Origin: Candidatus Latescibacterota bacterium
GTDB taxonomy: Bacteria > Latescibacterota > UBA2968
Length of the DNA: 64,000 nucleotides
Reading direction: 5' to 3'
NCBI GenBank assembly: GCA_965204745.1
Contig: OZ242010.1
Span: 3,712,001 to 3,776,000 of the forward strand
Below the pieces are notes generated by a model, which saw only the letters and a program-made list of their open reading frames with translations, had not been told where the DNA came from and ran no database searches. Every line of letters begins with the position of its first letter. The first letter of the stretch is position 1. The position numbers and the translations under genes were made by a program. Positions 52,537 to 62,309 of this stretch are shown in pieces.

Positions 52537-53586
52537 CTATCCTTCCAATGTCTGCTGTCGGCGGCGGCGGGCGAGTTCGCGGAGGTCATCGACCCGGTCG
52601 GATTCATCTACGATTTCAGAGCCGAGGATTTCTTCGAGAATGTCTTCGAGCGCCAGCACGCCTGCCATGCCTCCATATTCGTCGATTACGACAAAGAGGT
52701 GTTGGCGTTGTTCCAAGAAGATGTGCAAGATGCGGTCGAGGGTGTGGGATTCGGCGACGAAATGCACGGGGCGCATGAGGTCGGACAACTTGGCGGTGCC
52801 CCGGTCGTCTGTGAGCGCGACCAAAATGTCGCGGCGCAACACGATGCCGACAATGTCTTCAAAATCCTTTTCGTACACCGGGATGCGGCTGTACGCCCAT
52901 ATCCCGCGGCGGTTGCGGGCTTCTTCGACTGCGAGGTCGTCCTTGAGGGAAAAGACGACGGTTCGGGGCGTCATCACCTCCCCTGCGGTTTTGGATTTGA
53001 GGGATAGGATGTTTTGGATCACACGCGCTTCGGTTGGGTCTAACGCGCCGCTGCGCCTGCCCAAGCGCGCGAGAGAGATGAGCTCTTCGTCGGAAATATC
53101 CTGTTCTTTTTGGTCTTTGGCAACCGTGCGCGTAACCAGGCGCGACAAAAAGATAAACGGCGCGAAGATCCAGACCAAGACTTGCAGCGGCCGGGCGATG
53201 ATGCTGGACAGGGGACGGGCATAGACCACGCCGATGGTTTTGGGCAAGAGTTCGGACAAGAACAAGATGGCAAAGGTCATGGCGATAGAAAAGACGATGC
53301 CCGCAGCCGAGTCCTCGCGCGTTTCTTCCCCCATCACAGCCGTTGCAAAGAGGAACCCTGCCAGACTCACGCCACCCGTGTTGGAAATGGTGTTCAAGGA
53401 CAAAATCGCCGAAATGGGGCGATCGACGGTTTGGCGCAACTGCCGCAAGATGCGCCCGGATATTTTGCCTTCCCGCGCCAGGGTTTCGATGTGGCTGATG
53501 GGCACGGAATAGAGCACGGCTTCAAACAGGGAACACATGGCCGAGGTCAAAATCACAGCCGCGACGACGATGGCGAGTTCGATCAT
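52537..53586 (-). CDS. CNNM/CBS domain (HlyC/CorC-like) membrane protein
   Basis: SLFEA, ELLPKT, VMTPR, SRIPVY and VIDEYGG motifs. Confidence 0.92.
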   Translation of the reverse strand: MIELAIVVAAVILTSAMCSLFEAVLYSVPISHIETLAREGKISGRILRQLRQTVDRPISAILSLNTISNTGGVSLAGFLFATAVMGEETREDSAAGIVFSIAMTFAILFLSELLPKTIGVVYARPLSSIIARPLQVLVWIFAPFIFLSRLVTRTVAKDQKEQDISDEELISLARLGRRSGALDPTEARVIQNILSLKSKTAGEVMTPRTVVFSLKDDLAVEEARNRRGIWAYSRIPVYEKDFEDIVGIVLRRDILVALTDDRGTAKLSDLMRPVHFVAESHTLDRILHIFLEQRQHLFVVIDEYGGMAGVLALEDILEEILGSEIVDESDRVDDLRELARRRRQQTLEG

Positions 53587-53774
53587 GGTATCTCCACGCG
53601 AGGTTGGCGAGTCGGGATGGGTTTATCTCTCTACGTTACGCATAAATTATTTTTCGTCAAGAGGTTTGAGTAACCCCTGCGCGGCAATGGGGATTTTCCC
53701 TTGCCATGTCGGGTTGAAACCGCTAAATTACGGCGGCCTAATCAGACGCGCAACAAGGTCGAAACATCCTCAAA

Positions 53775-54170
53775 ATGAATGCGATACCAGACGCGATGAA
53801 ACGCGAAAAACTACATTACAACACGGTGCGGGAAGTTTGTTTCGCGCCGGAAGATCTAGCCCGCCTTTCCGACGATTTGCAGGAACAGGGCGCGCCGTGT
53901 CACATTCGCCACCTGATGCCCGGCGAGGCCGATCCCGTGCGCTTGGCGCAGGTCAAGGACGTGATCGAGACCGTGATGACCGGGCGCAAGTACGAGGTCT
54001 TGTTGTTGCGGTCGCAGGGCAAAACCTTTGCGGAGATCGCGTTGCTCTTGGAAATTTCAAAAAGCGCGGTGCAAAGCCACTACCGCCGCGCCATCCGACG
54101 GATGCAACACGCCTTGGGCATCGACCCCATGAAAAAAGCCAAGTCACCGTCGCCGCATCTCGTCGTTTAG
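53775..54170 (+). CDS. Sigma-70 region-4-like HTH protein
   Basis: GKTFAEIALLLEISKSAVQSHYRRA. Confidence 0.7.
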   Translation: MNAIPDAMKREKLHYNTVREVCFAPEDLARLSDDLQEQGAPCHIRHLMPGEADPVRLAQVKDVIETVMTGRKYEVLLLRSQGKTFAEIALLLEISKSAVQSHYRRAIRRMQHALGIDPMKKAKSPSPHLVV

Positions 54171-54251
54171 CGTTCATCCCATTTTCTTTTTTGATGCAGG
54201 TTCCGCTTTGCGCGACCTGTTTTTTTGTTTTTCTTCCGAAAGGAGTTTGTT

Positions 54252-54629
54252 ATGGCTGTGTTTCTCCATACGCGCATCCGCGTGAGCGATTTGGACAGGT
54301 CGATCCAGTACTACTGCGATCACTTTGGGTTTGTGTTGAAGAGCCGGTCGGATAAATCGCCGGCTGGCAACCAGATCTGCCACTTGGAATTGCCGGGCAA
54401 TGCCCACACCCTGGAACTGACCTACTCGGATGACTACGAGTTGAACGTGCCCGAAGATTTGATGCACTTTGCTATCGGCGTGCCCGATCTGATCGCCTTT
54501 TGCGATGAGCTCGAAAAGAAGGGCCTCGAAATTTGGCCCGGCGATTGGCGCGAGACCTTCCCCACGGGGCGCAAAATGGCTTTTGTGGATGACCCGGATG
54601 GGTACGAGATCGAGTTGCTCGAGCGGTAA
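54252..54629 (+). CDS. VOC family lactoylglutathione lyase-like protein
   Basis: HTRIRVSDL, LELT, HFAI and DPDGYEIEL motifs. Confidence 0.9.
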   Translation: MAVFLHTRIRVSDLDRSIQYYCDHFGFVLKSRSDKSPAGNQICHLELPGNAHTLELTYSDDYELNVPEDLMHFAIGVPDLIAFCDELEKKGLEIWPGDWRETFPTGRKMAFVDDPDGYEIELLER

Positions 54630-54635
54630 AACAAT

Positions 54636-54812
54636 AGCCACAAAAGGCACAGAAACACAAAAAGGGGCAAAACCCGTTCATTCTGTACCTTCTGTGCTTT
54701 TTGTGGCTCATGAATAGAGCAGGGCGCAAGACGAAGAATTGCCACAAGAGACACAGAAACACAAAAGGGTTCAAAATCCATTCTGTGTTTTTTGTGGCTC
54801 ACTTTTGTGGCT
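54636..54812. repeat. Two GCCACAA...TTGTGGC inverted-repeat units
   Basis: AGCCACAAAAGGCACAGAA / TTCTGTGCTTTTTGTGGCT, tandemly repeated; related to the unit at 19291. Confidence 0.75.
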
Positions 54813-54829
54813 CCAAAAGGAAAGGCTAT

Positions 54830-56284
54830 ATGGCGAGATATGCAACAGGGGGCAACGCGCGCTTCGGGTTTTGGGTGTTCTTTGCAATGATGGTCGGATG
54901 TGCTTCGGCGCCGCACGTTCAGCAATCGCCGATCCCGTCTCCCCAAAATTGGCAAACAAAGGCGGACGCCGCAACGCCTGCGGACACGCTTTGGTGGGCC
55001 ACATTTGACGACAGCCGGCTCCACATCGTGGTCGCGCAGGCACTGGTGTACAACCGGGATTTGCACGCTGCTGCCGCGCGCCTCAATGCTGCACGCGCAC
55101 AGGCGAAAATGGCCGGCGCGCCTTTGTTTCCGCAACTCAACGCGAGTTTGTCACGCGCGGAACGCAAGCAGAATTTCATCGGATTCCCCATTCCCGGCCA
55201 AGCAGAAGGCGAGGTCCCCTCGAACACGAGCACGACTTATGGGGTCTCCGTCAATGCCACATGGGAAATTGACCTTTGGGGCCGGCTCGGCGCGGGTGTT
55301 GCGGTTGCGTTGGCGAATTATCAGGCGACGCGAGCCACGTATCGGGGCGCGCGCATGTCGCTGGCCGCCCAAACCGCCAAGGCGTGGTTTGCCGCCATTG
55401 AAGCCAAACGCCAGCGAGAACTCGCACGGGCCACGTACGAAGACAACCGCATCAGCCACGAACAAGTGCGTGCGCGCTATGAACGCGGGGTGCGGCCCTC
55501 GCTCGATGCGCGCCAAAGCCAATCGGACCTCGCGTCCTCGCAAGACCGGTTGCACCAGCGCGAACAACTCTTCGACCTCTCCATCCGCCAACTCGAAGTG
55601 CTCCTCGGTCAGTACCCGGCCGGCACATTCGCCATTGCGGACGACCTTCCCCCCGTGCCGCATCCGGTTCCCGCGGGCCTGCCGGCGGATCTCATCGGCA
55701 GACGCCCGGACCTCATCGCCGCAGAACGCCGATTTGCCGCGTCTCAGGCCAATCGCAAAGCCGCCAGACGCGCGCGTTATCCGCGCATCAGTTTAACCGC
55801 TTCGGGCGGCAGCAGCACAGACGCATTGGGCGAGTTGCTCAACGGGGATTTCGGCGTGTGGTCCTTGATCGGCAACCTCACGCAACCCCTGTTTCAAGGC
55901 GGGCGCGTAAAGGGCAATATCGACCTGACCCGCGCCCGAGAACACGAGGCCGCCGCGCTATTTGCCCAAGCGGTTTTGCAAGCATACCGCGAAGTTGAAA
56001 ACGCGCTCTCGGCAGAAGCGTATTTGGCAAAACGCGAGGCCGCGTTGACGACCGCCGCCGAACAAGCGCGGGAGGCCCGTCGGCTGGCAGAAGACAGGTA
56101 TTACCGAGGGCTTTCAGACCTGTTGACCATGTTGCAAACGCGCAGCACGGCCTATCAAACCGAAAGCCAACTGCTCGCGGTTCGCAGGCAACGCCTCAAC
56201 GCGCGCATCGACCTCCACCTCGCGTTGGGTGGGGGCTTTGGAGGCGACGGGCAACCGCGGATAGACGCAGATGCGCGCAGATGA
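54830..56284 (+). CDS. Efflux outer-membrane factor lipoprotein (NodT/OprM/TolC family)
   Basis: Lipobox MVGC, WW.F.D, WEIDLWG, RRPDL and LALGGG motifs. Confidence 0.92.
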   Translation: MARYATGGNARFGFWVFFAMMVGCASAPHVQQSPIPSPQNWQTKADAATPADTLWWATFDDSRLHIVVAQALVYNRDLHAAAARLNAARAQAKMAGAPLFPQLNASLSRAERKQNFIGFPIPGQAEGEVPSNTSTTYGVSVNATWEIDLWGRLGAGVAVALANYQATRATYRGARMSLAAQTAKAWFAAIEAKRQRELARATYEDNRISHEQVRARYERGVRPSLDARQSQSDLASSQDRLHQREQLFDLSIRQLEVLLGQYPAGTFAIADDLPPVPHPVPAGLPADLIGRRPDLIAAERRFAASQANRKAARRARYPRISLTASGGSSTDALGELLNGDFGVWSLIGNLTQPLFQGGRVKGNIDLTRAREHEAAALFAQAVLQAYREVENALSAEAYLAKREAALTTAAEQAREARRLAEDRYYRGLSDLLTMLQTRSTAYQTESQLLAVRRQRLNARIDLHLALGGGFGGDGQPRIDADARR

Positions 56285-56354
56285 AATCGATGGCAATGCC
56301 TTGCCCTTTCGCAACAACAGTCCGTATTTTTTATTTTAACTTTTGGAGGTACCC

Positions 56355-57200
56355 GTGAAGAACAACAAGCAAATCATCGCGGTGATCGGCGGCGCGGCCG
56401 TCATCTTGGGCCTGCTTTTGTACATCGCATTGTTGCCGAGCGAAGAGGAAATCGTGCAGAAAAATCTCTATGTCCAGCAACTCGAGGCCGATGCCGAACG
56501 CTATTCAGCGCAGGCCGATTCCCTGAATCTCGTGGTCGAATCCCTCAACGCCCGCATCGACACTGTGCGCGCACAAATGGACAGTGCGCGCACGGACAAT
56601 AAAATGTTGCTGACCACGTTGCGTCGCGTGACCAACGAGAGCAAGGAGTACCAGCGTTTGTACAAAGAACAACGCACGATGGTCGACGAGTTGCGCGCTG
56701 AAATCACGCGGGTCAAAGCCGACGCAGCCACGCAAGTCGAACAGCTCAAAACATCCTTGGACAGCTTGCAAAGCACGCTTTCCGAACAAGCCATTCGCCT
56801 CACCCGAATGACCGTCTCACTCCAAAAAGCCCACGAGGAAAACCGCGCCTTGCGCGAAAAAAACCGCGCCTTGCGCGAAACCCTCCGGTCAGTGCTCGTC
56901 TATGTGGGCATAGAAGACAGCTTAAAACAACAGGGGTATCTCGATACGTCTCGGCGATTCGTTCGCAAAAATTACAAAATGACAAATTTCCCGGACCTCG
57001 ACAACAGCGACGTCATCAAAGTCGGCATTGGGGAACCCTTTAGGGTGCAGGGCGAACTCGCGGCCCTGTGTGACCGCCACGGCAAACTCGGCAAAGGCAA
57101 GGAATACGAACTCCAAGAGGGACGAGACGGGCAACTCCGCATCACCTTTTCCGATTCCGCACTCGCAGGCCAACGCATCCTCGCGGTGTTGAAAAATTGA
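56355..57200 (+). CDS. Membrane-anchored coiled-coil protein
   Basis: GGAGG RBS + GTG, N-terminal TM, long heptad region. Confidence 0.75.
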   Translation: MKNNKQIIAVIGGAAVILGLLLYIALLPSEEEIVQKNLYVQQLEADAERYSAQADSLNLVVESLNARIDTVRAQMDSARTDNKMLLTTLRRVTNESKEYQRLYKEQRTMVDELRAEITRVKADAATQVEQLKTSLDSLQSTLSEQAIRLTRMTVSLQKAHEENRALREKNRALRETLRSVLVYVGIEDSLKQQGYLDTSRRFVRKNYKMTNFPDLDNSDVIKVGIGEPFRVQGELAALCDRHGKLGKGKEYELQEGRDGQLRITFSDSALAGQRILAVLKN

Positions 57201-57361
57201 GTGGCACGCTGTTTTGTCCAATAACAATGCCCTTCTCCCCAGATCGGGAGGAGGGCTTTTGCGTACATATTTGAAAATATGGGGTTGATATTTGCATCGA
57301 ATTTGGGTATTATTTCATGTCATTGCCAACTGCACATTCACCACTTCAAAGGAGGAAACCG

Positions 57362-58171
57362 ATGGCTGTTATCAACACGATGGAAGACCTAATTCGCCTA
57401 CTGGATGAAAATCCCAAGTGGGTCGAGGCCCTGCGCGTCCGGCTACTCACGCGCGAACTGATCGAACTGCCCGAAAAATTTGCCGAGTTCGTCAAGGTGA
57501 CGAATGAGCGGTTTGACAAGCTCGAAGGGAGATTTGACAAACTCGAAGGGAAACACGACAAACTCGAAGGGAGATTTGACAAGCTCGAAAAGAGATTTGA
57601 CAAGCTCGAAAGGAGATTTGACAAGCTCGAAAAGAGATTTGACGAACTCGAAAAGAGATTTGACAAGCTCGAAAAGAGATTTGACGAACTCGAAAAGAGA
57701 TTTGACAAACTCGAATCCCAAGTGCAGTCTCTCCAAGATGACGTCGGCATGCTCAAAGGTGCCCACGCCAGAAGTGCCGCGATTAGGGATGCCTCTTCCA
57801 TTGCCAGAGAAATGAATTTTTATCGGACGAAAAATCTCAGTCAAGACGATCTTTGGGTGCTGATTGACCGCGCCGACACAGTGGATATTCCCAAAAACGT
57901 GTTGCGGAGTTTCCGCCATGCAGACCTGATTATGGAAGCCACGGACCAAGATGGCGAAACCTGCTATATTGCCGTGGAAATCTCCTTTACGGTCAATGGG
58001 CGGGACACCACGCGCGCCCTTCGCAACGCCGAGTTCCTGACCCGGTTCACCGGCAAACCCGCCCATGCCGCTGTCGTCGGTTTGCGCCGCGATGATCGCA
58101 TCCACGACCTCATCAAACGCGGCGAGGTGTTTTGGTATCAACTGGACCCGGAGATCATGGATGTGGAATAA
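57362..58171 (+). CDS. Coiled-coil repeat protein with a C-terminal PD-(D/E)XK-like domain
   Basis: RBS AAGGAGG; ten RFDKLEx heptads; ADLIM...YIAVEIS motif. Confidence 0.8.
   Translation: MAVINTMEDLIRLLDENPKWVEALRVRLLTRELIELPEKFAEFVKVTNERFDKLEGRFDKLEGKHDKLEGRFDKLEKRFDKLERRFDKLEKRFDELEKRFDKLEKRFDELEKRFDKLESQVQSLQDDVGMLKGAHARSAAIRDASSIAREMNFYRTKNLSQDDLWVLIDRADTVDIPKNVLRSFRHADLIMEATDQDGETCYIAVEISFTVNGRDTTRALRNAEFLTRFTGKPAHAAVVGLRRDDRIHDLIKRGEVFWYQLDPEIMDVE
57509..57718 (+). repeat. Coding VNTR, 21 bp x10
   Basis: AGATTTGACAAGCTCGAAAAG-type units. Confidence 0.93.
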
Positions 58172-58227
58172 TCCGTAAATTGCCGCTCCTTTTATCCTTG
58201 TTTATACCCGCCGGGACATGCCCGTGT

Positions 58228-60342
58228 TCATCGGTGGTTGCTCGTTTTGACCTCAAAACTCTCACTCCAAAAATGTGAATATTCTCCATGGTGGTAATGG
58301 TGCTGCCCGGTACGGATTTTTGCAATGTCGTAGTCCGGCAGGCGGCGTATCGCCATACATGCTTCTCTTTCAAGAACGTCGAGTCGAAAGTCCAGATTGT
58401 CATAGCCGTATAGTTGGCGACCATCGGGCAGGTCGAACAACGCAACCGGGAATACGTGCAAAAAAAATGGCTTGTCAATCATTTTTTTGCACGGAGACTG
58501 CATATAGACGAGTTCGTTGTTGACCAAATAAACGTCATAAACCGAGCGGATGACCGGCTCTCTACCTCGGACCAGTGCCTCAATTAGGGGCCTTAAATCG
58601 TCGGAGTCGGTCCGCGAGCGCAAGCCGAGTGCCGCGAAACGCGCTTGTGCCCACTGCGGATCCGCTTTGAAGGGCATCCACAGGTTAGGGCCAACTAGGA
58701 CAGCATGGGGGGCATAGTAGAGGGCACCTGCCGCGCTGTTTGTGGCCGGGTAGATCTCGAAGTTGACGCCTCGTTGTTCGAGATATCCTAATGGTGGCTC
58801 GCGGTCATGCGCTATCTGGCGTTCGCTGTTAGGGACCGTCACGGGAGCGCGCGCTATGGTCTTGTCAACCAAGCCGCGCCAGTCAATGAATTTCACAGTG
58901 GGCAGGTAATAGGGCCGGATGCCTGCCCCCCTTGTGACCAGCACCACATCATCGGGAATAACCCCGCGCTTCATATTTCGATAGGGTTGCCAATACCGCA
59001 GAAGCCTATTGGTACTTGCGCGGTGACTAGGAAATCTCACACCGACCTTTTGCCTAAAGAGCTTTGTTCGTAGGTCGTTGGAGGTTGTAGATAGCATCGC
59101 CATCCCGGGCGCGGCCAGTAGCCAGCCCGAGTTCTCCTCATTGAGCTTCACTGATATGCTTGGATTCCTGATGCCATCAACCATGAGAGCAATTTGCATA
59201 GCACTGGCATAGAATAACATGGGGAGAAAGACAACGATTGTGAAAATTATGTATAACCTTGGGGGCGGGACATGCTTGTAGTGACGCGAACTGGCATACC
59301 TCCGGGCAAGGGCGGACGACCACAGGCCGAGATGAACGAGGCCCTCTGCCGCGGGCACCGCCAACAGGGGCCAATAGAAATCCAACGGGCGATACCCAAA
59401 ATGATCCCCGCCAATCCGGGCGATGTACGCCATGTGAGAAATGATGCAAAGCAACGGCAGGATGTAAGTCAGGCTATGGCGTGCTCGCCATCCTCTGATC
59501 AAAGACAGTACTACCAACGGCAATAGCAGATACAGCCCGGTCTCCAACGCCGCCATCCACAGATAGCGCAGGCCCATGTCGTACCACGAGCGCACATACT
59601 TGGCGTAGTACGTATTGGGCAACCACTCGCCATAGTACGCATAGCGGAACAGAAAATGCGCCCCCACTATCGCGACGAAAGGCACGACCAAATACGCCAA
59701 TTCGCGCCAATCCACTCGCAACCGTTTGTTTTTAACCATCCGCACTACGACGAACCAACCAAAACAGCAAGCCGCGATTAAAGGTCCCTCGGGCCGCGTC
59801 AAGGCAGCAGCGGATAAGAACAACGATGTCCCCAACAAACCCCGGAGGCTATCTCCGTACAGGCTCAGACACACGACGGACGAGACGACGAAGAGCGTGA
59901 ACTGTCGCGTCTCCAATCCACCACCTGATGTCCATGTTGCAAAAGTCACACTGCTGCACACCAACCCCAACGCCATCCACGCCACCAATCCCCGATAGCG
60001 CAGTTCGGGCAAGCGAGATACCCACCACAGCATCGCGGCGAGTGTGCCCACCGTGCAGGCCACCGACAGCCACGGTGCCACATGCTCGGGACGCAGGCCG
60101 AACAGGCCCCAGATCGCCGCCAATTCCAGCACCCACAGGAAGTTGGAGTAGCCCTCAACGCGCTCGCCGGGATTGAACACCAAGCCGTGCCCTTCTAGCA
60201 GGTTGCGGACGTAGCGGAAGCTGATAAACGCATCGTCCGTCAGAAACCATGTGACATAGGTCAGACAGCCGAGCAATATCAGCCACGGCAGGCAAGCGAT
60301 GGCGAGGCCAAATCGGGATGTCGGGCTAGAACGCATTCTCAT
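58228..60342 (-). CDS. GT-C fold membrane glycosyltransferase (AftB-like) with an extra C-terminal domain
   Basis: DDAFISFRY..N...G.G..FNPGERVEG, GLET, TRPEG and PNTYYAK motifs. Confidence 0.75.
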   Translation of the reverse strand: MRMRSSPTSRFGLAIACLPWLILLGCLTYVTWFLTDDAFISFRYVRNLLEGHGLVFNPGERVEGYSNFLWVLELAAIWGLFGLRPEHVAPWLSVACTVGTLAAMLWWVSRLPELRYRGLVAWMALGLVCSSVTFATWTSGGGLETRQFTLFVVSSVVCLSLYGDSLRGLLGTSLFLSAAALTRPEGPLIAACCFGWFVVVRMVKNKRLRVDWRELAYLVVPFVAIVGAHFLFRYAYYGEWLPNTYYAKYVRSWYDMGLRYLWMAALETGLYLLLPLVVLSLIRGWRARHSLTYILPLLCIISHMAYIARIGGDHFGYRPLDFYWPLLAVPAAEGLVHLGLWSSALARRYASSRHYKHVPPPRLYIIFTIVVFLPMLFYASAMQIALMVDGIRNPSISVKLNEENSGWLLAAPGMAMLSTTSNDLRTKLFRQKVGVRFPSHRASTNRLLRYWQPYRNMKRGVIPDDVVLVTRGAGIRPYYLPTVKFIDWRGLVDKTIARAPVTVPNSERQIAHDREPPLGYLEQRGVNFEIYPATNSAAGALYYAPHAVLVGPNLWMPFKADPQWAQARFAALGLRSRTDSDDLRPLIEALVRGREPVIRSVYDVYLVNNELVYMQSPCKKMIDKPFFLHVFPVALFDLPDGRQLYGYDNLDFRLDVLEREACMAIRRLPDYDIAKIRTGQHHYHHGEYSHFWSESFEVKTSNHR

Positions 60343-60448
60343 GGTCTCTCAATAGTGTTGGGATGTTCACAGGGCTTCCCCGTCTTGTATCCTCACGTCT
60401 TATCCACCCGTGGCTAACCCCCATCTCCGCTTCCGCACCGCCGCCCAA

Positions 60449-60652
60449 GTGCGTGCCCCATCTCACCCTGCCCCGCCGCGTGCGTTTTGCCTTTCATCTG
60501 TATTCTTAGGCGAAGCGGGCCTCTTACCTCTTACCTCTTACCTCTTACCTCTTACCTCTTACCTCTTGCCTCTTGCCTCTCCCCGCTTCTTCCACCCCTC
60601 CACCCGTGCGTGCCCTACCTCACCCTGCCTCGCCATGTGCGTTTTGCCTTTC
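60449..60652. repeat. 47-bp direct repeats flanking (CCTCTTA)x6(CCTCTTG)x2
   Basis: 60449-60495 versus 60606-60652 match at 42/47; heptamers at 60520-60580. Confidence 0.85.
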
Positions 60653-61450
60653 GCTGTTCAGCATTTGACGCAGGGTTTCTGCGGCTTGGCGGGCGGCCCG
60701 TGCGAAGTCCGGGCCGGGCGAGGCGTAGAGGATGCTGCGCGACGCGTTGACGAGAATGCCGTTGCCATTGCTGTTCAGGCCGTTTTGGACCACCGCGCTA
60801 GTCTGTCCGCCTTGCGCCCCGATGCCGGGCAACAGGATGGGCAGGTCGGGCGCGATGGTGCGAATGGTTTTCAAATCGTCGGGATGTGTCGCGCCCACAA
60901 CTAGGCCGCACGGGCCGGTTTGCGACCAGACGACGGCTTTTTGTGCGAGCACCTCGTACAGCGCGCCCCGGTCCGTGTCGAGGCGCAAAATATCCGCGGA
61001 GCCGGGATTGGACGTGAGGCACAAGAGAAAGGCGCAGCCATTTCGATAGGCCAAAAACGGGGCGATAGCATCTGTGCCCATCAGCGGATTGACGGTCACG
61101 GCATCCACGCCGAGTTGTCGATAGGCCATCGTAGCATAGTGTTCGGCGGTGTTGCCAATGTCGCCCGCCTTGAAATCGAGCACGATGGGCAGGTCTTGGG
61201 GAATGGCGTCAAGCGCGCCTTGTAGGGCTTCCCATCCGGCGATGCCCTGCGCCCCAAAAAATGCAAAATTGGGTTTGTACGCGCAGGCGATGTCCCGCGT
61301 GGCTGCGACGATTTCCGTGAGAAAATCGCGCATGGGATTGGGCGTTCCCAAGAAGCGGGCGGGCAACTTGGTCATGTCCGGGTCGAGGCCCACGCACACA
61401 AAGCTGTTGTTGCGCTGCACTGCGTTCTCGTATTTTGTCAAAAAGGACAT
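60620..61450 (-). CDS. pyrF: Orotidine-5'-phosphate decarboxylase
   Basis: CVGLDP, DFKAGDIGNT, TSNPGS, VVGAT and PGIGAQGG motifs. Confidence 0.96.
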   Translation of the reverse strand: MSFLTKYENAVQRNNSFVCVGLDPDMTKLPARFLGTPNPMRDFLTEIVAATRDIACAYKPNFAFFGAQGIAGWEALQGALDAIPQDLPIVLDFKAGDIGNTAEHYATMAYRQLGVDAVTVNPLMGTDAIAPFLAYRNGCAFLLCLTSNPGSADILRLDTDRGALYEVLAQKAVVWSQTGPCGLVVGATHPDDLKTIRTIAPDLPILLPGIGAQGGQTSAVVQNGLNSNGNGILVNASRSILYASPGPDFARAARQAAETLRQMLNSERQNAHGEAG

Positions 61451-61469
61451 GTACCTCTCCACTGATAAA

Positions 61470-61498
61470 ATGGCGGATCCCCCATGGGAATCCGCCAT
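61470..61498 (-). terminator. Hairpin downstream of rnpB
   Basis: ATGGCGGAT...ATCCGCCAT followed by TTT on the minus strand. Confidence 0.65.
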
Positions 61499-61505
61499 AC
61501 TGAAA

Positions 61506-61875
61506 CAAGCGGGCCTATAAGCCGAGTTCTGTCGTTTGGCGGTTGCCAAACGGATGGTCATTTATCTGGGACGCCTGTTGCCAGACGCCTCGTGCAGCCT
61601 ACCCGAGCGTGATAGCGAGACGGGCCGCCTCTCCGCTCCTATTCGGCCTTGCTCCAAATGGGGTTTACCGTGCCGCGCTCGTCGCCGAGTCGCGCGGTGG
61701 GCTCTTACCCCACCGTTTCACCCTTGCCCGCTGCGCGAATCACCGCGCCCGCTGGCGGTCTGTTCTCTGTGGCACTTTCCATCGGGTCGCCCCGCCTGGG
61801 CATTACCCAGCATTTTGCCCTGTGGAGCTCGGACTTTCCTCATCCCAAAAAGGACGCGACCATCCGGCCCGCTTG
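61506..61875 (-). ncRNA. rnpB: RNase P RNA (type A)
   Basis: Minus strand GAGGAAAGTCCGAGC, GGTAAACCCC and ACAGAACTCGGCTTA; P1 pairing CAAGCGGGCC/GGCCCGCTTG. Confidence 0.96.
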
Positions 61876-61880
61876 TGCAT

Positions 61881-62309
61881 CTATTCGTCTCGTTGCCCCG
61901 TGGTTGCTTTTTGCCTTCCGTCTATGCCTCGATTTGCCAACTGATCGGCTTTGTCGTTTTGGTCTCGGCGCACGTGTCTGATTTGGAACAGGTCAAAGGG
62001 TTTGCTCTGCATTTGCGCGGTTTGATACAGGGGCAACAGCGCGTTGCTTTTGACCTTGTAGTGCCCGTTCATCTGGCGCACCACGAGTTCGCTGTCCGAA
62101 AAAACGGTCACGCGATTGGCGCGCAACTGCGCGGCGAGTTCGAGGCCCTTGATCAAGGCGCGATATTCTGCCGCGTTGTTGGTGGCCTGCCCGATGTACT
62201 CGCAGTGCTCGGTCACGAGTTCGCCATCTCGTTCAATGCGAATCCCAATGCCCGCGTGCCCGGGATTGCCCTTGGATGCCCCGTCGATGAATAGGATGAG
62301 ATCGTTCAA
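61881..62309 (-). CDS. rnhA: Ribonuclease HI family protein
   Basis: DGASKGNPG, TNNAAEY, DSELV and N..ADQLAN motifs. Confidence 0.92.
   Translation of the reverse strand: MNDLILFIDGASKGNPGHAGIGIRIERDGELVTEHCEYIGQATNNAAEYRALIKGLELAAQLRANRVTVFSDSELVVRQMNGHYKVKSNALLPLYQTAQMQSKPFDLFQIRHVRRDQNDKADQLANRGIDGRQKATTGQRDE

Noticed and set aside
61536-62294. Plus-strand ORFs of 252, 133 and 110 aa
   Set aside because: They are antisense to rnpB and rnhA
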